Below, piece after piece: positions 25,122 to 38,338 of a DNA stretch of 64,000 nucleotides. The notes under the pieces were generated by a model that was not told where the DNA came from, did no database searches, and saw only the letters and a program-made list of their open reading frames with translations. The position numbers and the translations under genes were made by a program. Every line of letters begins with the position of its first letter. Positions within the stretch are counted from its first letter, which is position 1. The stretch is from Calcarisporiella thermophila CBS 279.70 (Eukaryota; Fungi; Calcarisporiellomycota), in NCBI RefSeq assembly GCF_041956535.1, contig NW_027192202.1, positions 583,474 to 647,473 of the forward strand, in the 5' to 3' direction.

Positions 25122-25181
25122 CATAAAAGAAGCATGGGGCATAATCCGTAATCACGGATTATGCCCCATGCTTCTTTTATG
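25122..25181. repeat. Perfect 28-bp inverted repeat with 4-nt spacer
   Basis: CATAAAAGAAGCATGGGGCATAATCCGT-aatc-ACGGATTATGCCCCATGCTTCTTTTATG, checked base by base. Confidence 0.97.
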
Positions 25182-25433
25182 ACAGAACATCTTTAGTGCA
25201 ACATTTCATGTAAATTGGGTCTAATGACCTTTTTAACTGAAACGAGTAGTAGATTTGAACAAGGAATCAAGAATAAATCGCTCAATATTTGACAAACCCA
25301 AAACTAAATTTCTCGAGGATTATAATCCGGTAGCAAAAAAGTTAATATGACTTTTCACCTCATCCTTCCGTCTCTCTCTCAATGGATTTATAAAGTATGT
25401 ATTATTGGAGAAGTGAGAACTTATTCATCATAT

Positions 25434-26557
25434 TTAAAATATAATATCTTCGTCCTCGGTATTTGCTAGCATGTCTATACCTTGTGCTGATTGCGATTTA
25501 GAAGGTGAATCTTTATCCAGTACCTTTTCTGCTGTATATGAGAGCCAAATTAATCGAGTAAAAATTTAGTTTAGGCAAAATAAACTCTCACCTCCTAATT
25601 GCTGCCCTGAAGTGCTTTCTATATCGTGCTTTTCAGCATCGCGCTTCTTCTTTGATTGTACTTTTTTTAATCGGAAGAATTCCTCGCGATCCTGTTCGTC
25701 TAACTCTGAAATAATATACTGAATCGTGTTCTCATACTTTGGAATAATAACATGCTCAATCGCGTTTACACGACGGTTCGTAAGTTTGATAACCTCATCT
25801 AATATCACAAATGCAGTCTAACACAACCCCTTATTAAAATTGAAGATCCCTCAGAGCAAAAAAAAAGACACAAGAAATCAACCTGGAGGGATGCCAGTTC
25901 AACAAGAGTTTCAATTGCTTTCACATAAGCCTCTTTGCATTTTTGAACTTGTTGTCCTCCCCGACCAAGACCCGTCAACTCGAAAGCTATTCACAGGTTA
26001 ATATATTTAAAAGCGAAATAATTGCAGATTCATAGCTGTAACATATACCATTTGCTCCTTCAGAATAGCACTCGAATACTGGCAGCATTACACCGGACAC
26101 GTTTTCTTGCTTGGTACGGACACGGAGTTGTGCCACTTTAGCACTCTCCTGAATCTGATAGCTATAATGAAAAAGTTAGAGTAAATATAAAAAAACAAAG
26201 AAATGCTGAGAGTAACAGAATTACCTGATATCCCCTGTAATATAGGTTACTTCCGCCAATGAAAAGGATGCAAGCTGCAAGACCTTGCCCATTTTTCTTT
26301 TTGCCTAATGATAAAAGGTATAATCATTGATAAATTCATATATTCATATAATCAAAATAAAAATGGTGCTTAATCAATAAATAAGAAATAAATAATACTT
26401 CATCAATCTTATATAGAATGGTCCGGAATCGCTGGGTTAATGCTTCGCTTTTTCTTTTAAGCAAGCTATGGCCTGTTTGTGCCCCTTTAAGCTTAATCTT
26501 CATAGTTGTAAGAGCCATACGTGTTGGAAATATGTTTAAACGTGCACCCTGGGACAT
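25434..26557 (-). CDS. VMA8: V-type ATPase subunit D
   Basis: [77 protein letters not shown]; C-terminal DEDIIF*. Confidence 0.96.
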
Positions 26558-27506
26558 GACTGATCAGTTATGGAATTTTCTGACAACAGTAGCTCGAGAG
26601 ATGTTAGATAAATTAAAAAAAAAAAAATCAAGTTGATGTACTTCAGTTTTCGTGGTTTTACTGAAAAGGATACTTTGAGAAATCCTAATTAATTCGAATA
26701 CTCCATTATTAGAATTCGAGATCAAATCTATATGAATATCTAAAAAACATATTAGAATGATGATATCGGTATGCGAATCTTTCCTGGTAATATCAAATAT
26801 TGCTGATGTATTCGAACGCTGCAATTACGATTATTAAGCATATCATACTTAATATTTGGGATACTCGTATTAACTTCAATTATATGATGTATACACAGCC
26901 TGTAAATAATATGTGCTTTAGATAGAACTTTAGTCCTTCAAAAAGAATGGTATCTAAGGTGATTGTCATGAAACTAGTTAAAGATATCAAAAATTAGAGA
27001 ACCACTAATAACTGTGTTCATTTCATTAACATTAAGGAAATGAAATGGTTCTTAAAATATAGATTAAAATATCGACTCCTGCACCATCCTATATTCAGTG
27101 ATGACAAATATTGCTCCACACAAAGTAATAAGATAAACTTTTCATATAGCTTGAATCATTCCAAATAATTCACGAATCAATAAAGTGTACACTCATTAGA
27201 GTCCATGGAAAAATGGTTTATCAAAAATGCAGATATTGTATTTTACCCAATTTTAAAAATTTGAAAAAAACAATAGAAAATAACCAATCAAAAAAATAAA
27301 ATTGAAAGAAAATTTAAAAAATTTGTTATTCTTTAAATTTTAAACATTTTTCCATATTTTGATTTTTTTATTTGCCCATTTTTATTTTTGCTTATAATTG
27401 AATTTTCAGTTAAAACATATTTTATTATTTAACTGAGAATTATTTAACATAAAATATAATTGAATGAGCTGCATATCGACAAATTCTAATTCAAAGAAGT
27501 GGGCAT

Positions 27507-29800
27507 TTATGGTTCTAATCGTTTAGGGTCACGCGGGAAGAGCGACGATCGACGGATATTCCCCAATTCTAAATAGAGCATCACCACCCTCTCTAAACCG
27601 ATACCTCCTCCAGCGTGGGGTGGTGCTCCATATTTAAAGGCCTCAATATATTGTTGGATGGACTGCAAGTCAACATTGTGATGCTTAGCACGCTCAATTA
27701 GAAGGGCGGGATCATGAATACGCTGTGCGCCAGATAAAATCTCTTCCCCACGCATGAAGAAGTCATAAGAATTCGAATAAAGCGAGTTGTTTGGGTCAGG
27801 CATTGTGTAGAAAGGTCGCACAGCAAGTGGGAATTTGTCGAGTATGAAAAAATCGGTGTGATATTTTTCTTTTACGAGACGGCCAAGCTTCCGCTCATTC
27901 TCTGTCCTAAAGTATATAAAAATCGAATATATGAATTTTAGAGAATATAATAACATGAGTAAATATCTTACGTAAGATCATCAAAATCGCCCATCTCCAC
28001 GCCACTCTCTCGCAACATTTTAACTGCCTCTGGATACTCGAGCCGCAGGGTCTCAGGAAGAAATTCAAAATCTTCAAATGGGTGTTGCCGACGGATAGTT
28101 TCGATTTCACTGCGGAACTTTTCACGTATTTGCGTGAAAATATATACAAACATCTTCCCAATAAGTCCTGCCACCTCGTGATAGTGCTCTTCGAAGGCCA
28201 TCTCTAAATCAAGCCCAACAAATTCGGTCATATGACGGTGGGTGTTAGAGTCTTCTGCGCGGAAAACTGACATTGTAAAATTGGATTCATTAATTGAGCT
28301 GATGGGTGTATGGACAAATTATTCATATTTATTTACCAGGGGCAATCTCGAATACACGCTCGAAATCAGCGCAAATGCACATTTGCTTGTAAAGCTGGGG
28401 AGATTGAGCAAGATAAGCATTTCCTATGTATATATATATATTTATACATGTAAGTATATGCTCTAATAAGAATTGAATATAATACGAACCCTTGAAATAA
28501 TTGAGCTTGAATACATTAGCTCCACCCTCTGAAGCAGTTCCGAGCAACTTGGGTGTGTGTATTTCTGTGAAGCCGTTTTCGTATAAAAAGTCGCGGAAAA
28601 ACTTACAGATACCAGATTGAATACGGAAGATAGCATGGTTGGTGACAGTTCGAAGATCGATGATACGATTGTTGAGACGAGTATCCAAATTAACCTTTAC
28701 CAGAAGCGGGTCCTATAATCAAACATATAAAAAGGTAAGGTATACAATATTACTGAAACGAGTAGATGTATTTACCTTTTTATATTCTTCTTCTGGTCGC
28801 GATGCATCTTCCAAAGAAAATGGTAAGCGGTCTTGCGTTTCACTTATAACATAGAGCTATAATATTATTATGATTAATCTAAATAATTTAAATTAAGTGC
28901 AAAATCCGGTCACTACTTCTCGAATCTGGAGTTCCGCGTCAGAAACACTGCAGCTTTTGACCTCTTCAACAGGCTTTGCGACTTCTCCTTTCAACAGGAC
29001 AATCGACTCTTCGGGAATACTATCAAAATGACGGTTAATAAACCAGTTTATGTAAAAAAAATTCGAAAGGAAGTTACTTTTGAGCATATTTAACCATTTG
29101 TTTCGAAATTCTCTCTTTATCCACGGCTATAACACCCTGTACGGTCCGATCTTGCTGGCGAAGGATAAAGAAACACATCCTATTGCCTAAAATTTGATGG
29201 AGAAATCTTAGTAAAATACAAGCTTAGGAAAGCCACCATTAATGAGATTTATTACTAGTTGGCCTTTTTGCGTGAACTCGAGCACGGAGAGCGATTGTTT
29301 CTCCAATACGCGAAGCATTAATGTCAGTAATATTTTCGCGTTTTCCATCTTTAAAATATACCAAGATCATGTGAATAAATCACTTAATATTCCAAAGTAT
29401 AAACACTAACCCAAATAATTTTGAGATTGGTTCAAAGGCTTATTACCATACCGACCCTTCGAGATATCCTATTTCGAAATGCAACCATCCGAACAAATTA
29501 GAATATGCTTGAGCAAAAGAATAGATTAGACTCACGATTTCTGCAGCTTCCCTAGCAGCCTTCTCGGCAGCTTCCTTTGCAGCACGCTCAGCTTTGCGCT
29601 TTTCCTTCTCACGCTCTTTTTCGAGTTTTTTCAATGCTTTCTTAGAGAGTGGATTTCCATTCTCACTATTTAGGGGCGAATGGAAATATATATCAAACGT
29701 ATATATACGAAAAATTAACTGCTTCTTACTCCAAGATTACTTCGGCAAGCTGTTCAGACATTTCCTGGATAGCGGTATCTTTATTGGCAATTTCGGCCAT
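27507..29800 (-). CDS. DPS1: Cytosolic aspartyl-tRNA synthetase
   Basis: SKKALKK N-terminal extension, [65 protein letters not shown]. About 10 exons. Confidence 0.97.
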
Positions 29801-30559
29801 AACTTGAATTCTTGCTCTCTATTTTATAGAATTTTTTCAATTGAATATCTAATTGAGTAATTGAAGAGTCACTGTAAATACAATTTTAAGATAAATTTCA
29901 AGTTCTTTTTATTACGTCATTATTCACCGAGTATAATTTCGATATTTTAATTTTTGCCGCATCTTAACCATACAACTACAACCTTTAAATCGTATACGGA
30001 TTACTCCTAATAAGATATTGTTCAAGCAATGAGATTTTGAAGGCTGAATTTTGAAGAGCTTTAAATAATATAGAATATTTAACACTGCATAAAACGTTTT
30101 TTTTTAAATTGAATGTATAAGTTATTGATATGACAAAATATCGATTTTATTTTAAAAGAAAATGAAGTATCGAATCAAAAAGAAAAATTGTAACAACTTA
30201 TCCTATAATGTTTCATAAAATATCTATAGAATTTCTAGATCTACTCTCCATAATTGAATAATAGCTAAATTATCGTTACATTTGCTTTAGGGTAAATCTA
30301 TCAACGACATTCAGAACTACTAGATAATGAGAAACCGTGCATTGGAGCCACTAAACCACACAAAACGTATGAAAGGGAGTTTTAAAGTTAGCAATATGAT
30401 CACGATTTTAAATCGCTAGCAGCGTCATATATCTAAAAAAATAATGTCATATGCGGGTTATATTCGGATCATCATTTACTTGATTCATCTTTATAATTAA
30501 GCCACAGACCCCTTTTTAAATTCCTTCAAATATCGAAAAAAAAAAAATCGAAGTAGCTA

Positions 30560-32125
30560 ATGGTCAATTCAAATATGCACAGAGATGTGTTTCGTATCAC
30601 GTGTATAGCATTATTGACACGCATAACTAGTTATTTGTTAGCAATCATATCTAATTTCTGGATAGAGGATTACGATTCTTCGGCAAAATTAGCATTTCCT
30701 CCTACAGAAAAGTCATTCGATACACTTGCACAACGACTACTTAATATATTTCTTCGATGGGATGCATTTTATTTCTTAAATCTAGCAGAAAATGGTTATG
30801 TATATGAACAGCAACATGCCTTCTTTCCAATGTTACCTTTAGTTGCGAGGTTATTAGCGAAATCAGGTTATTATAATTTGCTCTAATTTACTTTTACCTA
30901 CGCTTACTATATTTTGTTGTGTATACGTTATTAGTACTATTTCCATTAGGAACTTTAGTACATGAGAAATATGTGATATTCCTTGCAGGTATATTAGTGA
31001 CAAATCTATCGTTTATTTTAGCGGCTATTTGTCTCTACATGTTAGTATTGTTACGAACCTAAATTACAGTATATCAATACTCACTTTTAGTTATATTCGA
31101 ACGATTTCTTGTTTTTAGTTTGACATATGAGGTATTCGCAGATCGAAGAATCGCTTTCGCTTCCGCACTCTCATTTTGCGTCACTCCTTCGTGTGTATTT
31201 ATGTCTTCCATGTACTCCGAGTCGCTCTTTGCCCTTTTAAGTTTTGCAGGCATGATTTCGTTTACTAAGAAATATTATATTTACGCGTCAGTCGCATGGG
31301 GAATTGCTTCGGCGACAAGGTCCAATGGAATACTTTATGTTGGATTTTTTATATATGAATTTATAATAAGGTCGTTGCTTGCAAAGGAACCGTTTAGAGT
31401 AAGTTGATTATTAGCACTCTAGTTATTTAACAGAAAAATAATGCAAATGTTATAGAAACTATTGGTTGGTTCAGCTCTATCTACCCTTCTTTCTATGGTC
31501 GTCGTGTCTGGCTTCGTCCTGGTACAATGGCAGGGATATACACTATATTGTTTAAAAGAGAAGCTACGCCCATGGTGCGATAATCGTCCGCCTTTGATAT
31601 ACTCTTTCGTCCAGCGATTCTATTGGTAATAATAATACTAAAATGTACTTTGGTTATTGATCTAAGCCAACCGACATGTTTAGGGATGTTGGATTCCTCC
31701 GGTATTATGAGGTTAAACAAATTCCCAATTTTCTTATCGCTCTACCAGTTCTTGCCCTCTCTCTCTGTGGCATAGTGTCTTATGTTCGTTATGATTGGGT
31801 TCGAGTTATTACACTTGGAAGAGCAGCTTCTCAAATACGATCTCAAAATCAGAGAAATAATAAGCAGATTGTCTTTCACCAAACTGACTCCATCTTACCC
31901 TATATTATTTTGTGGGCATTCTTGGTCATTTGGGTAATGACATCTGTGCATGTGCAAATTATCGTAAGACTCTTCTCTGCTCTCCCCTGTTTATATTGGT
32001 ATGCAGGTCACTTAATGTTAAGGAAAAGTGAAGGTTTGTCTTTGTCAAATCTAGTATTATATTATTTTGTGCTATATGGGATGGTAGGAGTCGTACTTTT
32101 TGCTAGCTTTTTCCCTCCAGCTTAA
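30560..32125 (+). CDS. GPI18: GPI mannosyltransferase II (PIG-V)
   Basis: DYDSS, RWDAFYF..AE.GY.YEQ.HAFFP, YSESLFA, RSNG, YWDVGFLRYY..KQIPNF, FASFFPPA. Five exons. Confidence 0.94.
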
Positions 32126-32300
32126 GTTGAATATTTTTTTAATCCATTGTTCAGCATTTTTTTTTCTCTTTAATTTGAGCTCTCTATTTGATATAGAACT
32201 TATCTTCCTATAATATATATTAGTTTTATTTACTTTACGTGACATTTATTGCTATTATATCCAAAATATAAAATCAAAAAGAAGTGAAATAATGCTAGCA

Positions 32301-33162
32301 TCAGTCATCATAATCGTCATCCTCATCCCTCATGCGTTTACTTGGGCCATTCGATGAGGGTAAAATAGAGGGTAAAAAGTCCGGTGAAGAAGTAGGCATA
32401 TTATGCGGGTTTTGTTGGGTATTGGGGGTTGCGTTAGAAAATTGTGAAGGTGCGGCAGTATTATCGTTAATAGAGGAAGTGGAGAGAGATAGAGGCGCAT
32501 TAGAGCTATTGGGGATGATAGGCTTTGGGGGCGGAGGTGCCTGTAAAAAGGAACAATTGATATGAAAACAGTGAAATCAATTTTTCACAAATGCGTGTTT
32601 ACTTCGGGTACTAAGTTATAATTTATTGCAGTGAGGCAGTGTCGTTCCGGTGGTAATCTAATACCATAACGCTCTGGAATAAGTGGAAGAGGTGTCCTGT
32701 TTTTCTCCTCGGCGAGTTCAAGCAAAAACTATTAAATAACAAGGTTTTTTAATAAAAATGAGAAACGCTTTTGTGAAATTATGGTAACATATACTTCTTT
32801 TGGAGGAGGGGTGGTAAATGAATGGTTCACACGACCTTGTACTGCTAATCTTACATCATCCACATCTAGTTTCGATTTTTCTGCATGTTCACTATAGGCC
32901 AAAGCATCTTGAAGTACATCCACAGAATATCCTAATAATAATATAGCTATATAAACTGGCGTGTAATAACATTCTGCAATACCAAGAACTCACTGTGTGC
33001 AAAATCTAGAAGTAAATGCACAACTTTAGGATCAATATCTTCAACGCCTTGTGCCTGAAGTATTAAGGAGATAAGCTTTGCATCTCGCGGAAAACTTGTG
33101 CTTGGATCAGATCTTTGCGATTGCTGTGAGGATAGGGGATCGTTATTGGTTAATTGACTCAT
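32301..33162 (-). CDS. TAF9: TFIID/SAGA subunit TAF9
   Basis: PRDAKLI.LIL...[42 protein letters not shown]; acidic tail EDDDYDD*. Four exons. Confidence 0.93.
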
Positions 33163-33593
33163 TCTAATTTGGATCTTCAAAAAAGATAGTAAAGAGTCGA
33201 AAGACTGCGTCACAGTACTAAATTGGATTCCAAATTATCCGCATCTAGTAATTCACTACCTATAGCCATACTTGAATGTGCTAAATGAAAATTTGGGGTA
33301 TATCCCCATAGTATATTTCAAGAAGCTATTACAAATTTAATTAATTGTATTGTATAGCAGAAAAGGTTGCTTTTATTTAAGACGCTACAAGAGCAAAAAC
33401 CCTATACCAGCATGTCATACTCTCAAATTAATACAATCGGTACTTTTTGATTTACAAAATAAATAATAAATATATACTATTCATAGCATACAAAAACCCA
33501 ATTTTTAAAGAAAAATAAGATAAATATTTAAAATATTGCCGTATGAGCAATATGAAATATTATAGCTTAGCACTTAAAAGCAGTAATAGAGTT

Positions 33594-35122
33594 TTATGTC
33601 CCATCCCCAACCCAACCGAAACTTGCTTTGCCAAACCCACCAGCCCTACTCCTTTTCTTCTCATCGTGCGGCGCTTCACCCTCGAATGCTTCTGCTATAT
33701 TTTCGTGATCTTCAATATTATTACCTCCAATGACATTACTCTTCTCACCTGTTGAAGAAGGCAGGGAATCTTTGGTTGACTTTGTCATAAATCTTTGGTA
33801 GAAGAGAATGTGATAAAGCTCGAAAAAATGAAGCGCCAGTCGATTGTTTGAGATCAGAATCATCTCTGCATCAATCATATGACCTTTTTCATAGCCAATA
33901 TATGCGACCTGACCTTGGGCTTTAAAAGCGGGCTTACCAGCGAATTCACGCTCATGACAGATACGAACGGGAGAAGACATATCGACTTTGATCGATATTT
34001 CGCCACGAGGAACATTCATATCACCAGTAAGTTTGTAGGCATATAAAGTTCCTTTGATCGTGGATAAAAGGAGAAACTCTACTCCATTAGGCGCATAATC
34101 ACCAGCCCTAAATATACATAGATGAAAATAAATTAGGGCCAAGCTCTAAAGATTACAATTTTGAAATTGATTTACCATAGTCCATCCAATGGTCTGTCCA
34201 TAGTGGGCCTAAGCTTCCAACTTGGCAGTTTTGCAAAAAGCTGCACTGGATTTGACTGCCGAGTCTTTGCTTTATGTACACATCCGAGCCCAAAACATGG
34301 AGTATCAGTCTCTTTCTCCTTATCTCTATCTTCATAATCGAAGTCTTCTTTTTTCACAGAACCACCTGGTTTGTTCCCAAAATATCTGTACAATTCCTCC
34401 TGGGGCTCCTCGAACTCTGGTGGGAAAAGCCCTTGGCTCTCTAAGCTCCACAAGCCTGTGCGTGGGTGTGGCTTGAATTTGCCTCGATAAAAAACTACGC
34501 CGTGAGAGGGTATCGTTAAACTAGACTCATCCTGGCACCTGGTGGTAACTCTCAGAAGTGGTGCTTCAGCATCTCTAGGGCGCTTTGCATCCAGTCGCAA
34601 AGCAAATAATCTTTGTTCATCGTAGACTGGCTCAAACTGTGATATATTTATGCGCTCGTCTAACGAATAAGATGAGAGCTTGTTGGGCGTCCGGTTGCGA
34701 CAGTGTATTTTATACCCGCCAATTCGTCCCTTTCGTGGTTCCCAGCGTACCACAAGGAGTGAGCCAAAAAATGCTGCGTCTCCAACCCATGTTCCTACAA
34801 GCCATGCGTATCGATGAACAACATTCGTATATAACTCGCGGAAGTTTTTAACAGGCCATTTTCCAATTTCCCTGCAGCCTGCTTCAATACAGAATCGCTG
34901 CCATAGAGAGTCAGTGTGTTGAATGATGGAATGCAAATGATGACAAGTGCAGCTAAGTATTGATATAGAGGTCGGGGGAAGTAGTGAGATGAGATGGAGG
35001 AGGACTTCCATAGGCATATCAATTAGGTTTGGATATGCTTGGTGTGTTGGTTGTGTTGAGGGAGGAACATGAATGGGTATTGATTTTATAGCCTCGATTT
35101 GAGAAGCGGAGAATTCGGCCAT
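33594..35122 (-). CDS. F-box protein with FBXO31-like C-terminal domain
   Basis: F-box LIDMPMEVLLHLISLL..L..TC; FGSLL.V; GLWAGDY.PNGVEF.LL; AYKLTGDMNVPRGE. One intron. Confidence 0.8.
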
Positions 35123-35793
35123 AGGTGTGATAAGAAATTTTAAATGGAAGCGAAAAAAAAAAATGCAAAAAACGAAAAGGCGTGAATATTGCTCTATCCC
35201 TGTTTAAAGAAAGCTGTTAAAGGAAAATTAAAGGGAAAGAAACTACGAATTCTACAACAAAGTTGTTCAACAAATATCTAATATAGTTCTGTACAATGGA
35301 AAGCCAGAACAATAAAAGAAACTAATTTATACAAGCAAGATCAATTACTTAAAGTGTAAAGACGGGTTACCTCTGAGAAAAAAGTCTATCAATTCCTTTT
35401 GTGATGACGTTTTCCAATGATTTTCAAGATCTGTATTGTAGGAATTACTACGTGAATTGGAAACGTAAATTTTTTAGCAACTGATGCTTCCTTAAAAAAT
35501 TCTTTACAGGGGTTATATATAGATGCTCAATTACCCGTATGGATGCGGTTACATATGTATATATGATGTCTCTAATTATCAATATATCGACCTAGTCTTT
35601 TGAACAAATAAAATATTTCGAATTGCTTAAAGGTAATAAACAGATATTTTTCGGGTTTTTATATGAATTTCCTCGGTTGAAAATCCGCGGTAAAGCGATC
35701 CATATGAAAAAAATCAAATAGTATATAAAAATTAACTGATAGTTTTCTTTTTAGATTCTAAGCATTGTTGGCAAGAACAACCCAGAAAATAGC

Positions 35794-36480
35794 ATGGATC
35801 CAGTTACACCCTACTCGGCAGACATTTGCCAGTATATGAATTCAACACATTCTGATGCGCTAACATATCTGGCCGCATATCATGGAGATGTGGACTCCAC
35901 CTCAATTAAGTTGGAATCGGTAGATTCCCGCGGATTCGTACTTAAATTGTGGATTCCTGGAGCAGCTGTAAAAAGAATCAAAATTGAATTCAAGAAACCT
36001 GTAACGGACCAAAATCAAGTAAATATTATTCCATGTGCTTGCAATCCTTTTGTTTTTTATTCCATGTATGAATTGGTACAATAGGCAACTATCATGCTTC
36101 AACAAATGGCTCAAGATTCTCGTAATGCTATTGGGCACTCTTCCACCTGGTTCGAGATGCCCAAGGCAATTCCTTCACTCTTAATTTCTGCCTCAATAGG
36201 ACTTTTGATATATTCCGGCTATGTTGCAAACAAAGTTCCATCTTTTCTCGTTGCTTTGCTCGGCGATCGCGCAACTGTAGAGACCATGCGTAGGGTGGTT
36301 AAATTGGTTGCCACAATTCATCTGTTGGAATCTATTGCTGTATTTATTGTGTGTATGCGACGAAGATACACTTGGCTGACAACGTTTAAATGGGTTCTAT
36401 TTAGCTTCATTGTTGGGGCTCCGTGCTCATTAACTGTATTTAAAGGCCCTTCAAGGGCACTGAAAACTAAGAAGCAGTGA
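35794..36480 (+). CDS. DUF2470 domain fused to a TMEM254-like membrane region
   Basis: I..YMN..H.DAL, L.SVD..GF.L, I.F..P and L.QMA (DUF2470-like), then hydrophobic helices with IHLLES and W....F..G. One intron. Confidence 0.7.
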
Positions 36481-37273
36481 ATGGAAATAGTTTGTTGTAC
36501 ATGGATGTATATTTCAATTTGAATACCGATTTCACACCCAAAATTGGATAACTACAGTAGTTGTTAGGGGTTCGAAGAGAACATTTCCTCTTCCAAAGAC
36601 TATATTCACTATTATTATGTGTAAGCCATCTTCGGCCATATTTTTGAATTTATGCTAGGCCTATTTTTGGCTGCATTCAGAGGCTTAAAACTAGCCTCGA
36701 GATTCATAGTCGAAGTTTCAGCCCGTCGGCCGAATCAAAGGCCAAACCAAGATGGTCTTGCGGCTATTTTCTGTCATTGCAGGTTTAAGATGGGCGAAAA
36801 CCAGAGCGAATAAGTGGCAGGATTCAAATGGGGGGTTTTAAGTGATGCTGTTGTTCCACCACCCCCTCTCCTCCAATTATGTCTTAAATTTGCAGCCCCA
36901 TCTTTATAAAGGATCTCACCTCTTCTCCCTCCCGCAACAGATTGTCAAACTACTATTTCCTACTTCTTGTTCCTCATTCCAACGCTTTTCTTCCCCATAT
37001 TCCTCTTCTTATTCTTCCTTTCACTTTCCCCCCTTTTCTTTGCCGTTCGCTTTCTTTGTTTTATTCCTCTTTCTTCATTTTTGTATCATTATTTATTTCG
37101 TTATACAAACCTTTTGTTCAAAATTTATATACTTTGGATTGACTTTTCGGTATCTTTTGGATTTATTGTCTTTTGTATTTGTAAAAAGGATATCCTAGTG
37201 TTTTTTTTTGGCTGAAATTAGGAAACTAGCTCCTCTCATTTAATTCCTCCTTTAGTTATTTCTTTTCATCATA

Positions 37274-38338
37274 ATGAGTCAGATGTCTTCGGTTATGATC
37301 TCCACTTTACCAGCCCAATCTCACCCGCCTAACCAGCTCCTTAAGCAAATGGTTCACGCTCAGCCTCTTCGCCAAAATCAACTTGCTGAGAAGCATATGG
37401 GCAGCCAAAGAAAAGGTAGCAAGCACAATCGGAACAGCAATCCTCCAGAGAATGTTCTCTCCACATCTCCACATCAACATCGGCAAAAGTTCCCTTCTCC
37501 TCCGCCTAATCGCAATCAACACGCCAATGATCGACATTTCCAACAGCAACTTAAACCAACTCGCAGATCCCAACCTTCTGGAAAGAATATCCCGCGACTT
37601 CAGCGCAGACGAGAATTGAAAGCTCTTGCTGCCGAGGCTGAAGCATTGGGCGACCCTGAACAACAACACGCAGATATGATGTTTGGTGCTGGAAGTCCTC
37701 CACGTCGTGCTCCTTTGTTTGATCTTATTTATTCGGATTCTCACGCTACCCTTTCACCTCCCTCGTCTACTGAAGTCTCTCCGCGTGGGTATCCTCGGAA
37801 TGTCCAACCAAACCAGAGAAGAGCGAGCGTGACCAAGAATGAAATTGCACCTGCCTTTCCTTCTCCGAATACAACACCCCAACGTACTCCTTCCCAACCG
37901 ACTTCTCAGTTATATGCAGGACCAACCTTCCATAATTCGCCCGCACCTTCTGCACTTCCTGTTCCCACATTCAATGGCCGATCGCCCACTTTGGATGCTC
38001 TTTCAACTCCAGATATATCTCCTCTTAAGAAGCATCATGTTACAAAAGGAGATGATGATACCCTGTTTCACCTCGATGAGCAAGAATACAACAGTAATCC
38101 CGATGATGTTGACTTTGTTCACGCCGATAATCGAGATGAAATGCTACGCGCTAAATCTCGTCAATTGATGAACTTGCTGGTTGCTGCAGGTTCGAACTCT
38201 ACCTGCACTCCTGCGAGGAACGTGCCAGTGCGAATGGTAACCGCTCACGATATACGTCTTTCACCTCAGCCTGATGAGTATCGACTTATTGAAATGAGCT
38301 CCATGTTAATGAATATGCTAAAAATCGAAAGCAATTAG
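37274..38338 (+). CDS. Intrinsically disordered protein with PNRC/Edc1 decapping-activator motif
   Basis: LYAGPTFHNSPAPSALPVP matches the YAG..F..SP.P..LP.P motif; C-terminal helical LxxMLKI. Intronless. Confidence 0.8.
   Translation: MSQMSSVMISTLPAQSHPPNQLLKQMVHAQPLRQNQLAEKHMGSQRKGSKHNRNSNPPENVLSTSPHQHRQKFPSPPPNRNQHANDRHFQQQLKPTRRSQPSGKNIPRLQRRRELKALAAEAEALGDPEQQHADMMFGAGSPPRRAPLFDLIYSDSHATLSPPSSTEVSPRGYPRNVQPNQRRASVTKNEIAPAFPSPNTTPQRTPSQPTSQLYAGPTFHNSPAPSALPVPTFNGRSPTLDALSTPDISPLKKHHVTKGDDDTLFHLDEQEYNSNPDDVDFVHADNRDEMLRAKSRQLMNLLVAAGSNSTCTPARNVPVRMVTAHDIRLSPQPDEYRLIEMSSMLMNMLKIESN

Noticed and set aside
36842-37215. Phe/Leu/Ser-rich ORFs resembling membrane proteins (also 59457-59717 and 62364-62582)
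   Set aside because: By-products of T-rich or pyrimidine-rich non-coding or antisense sequence.
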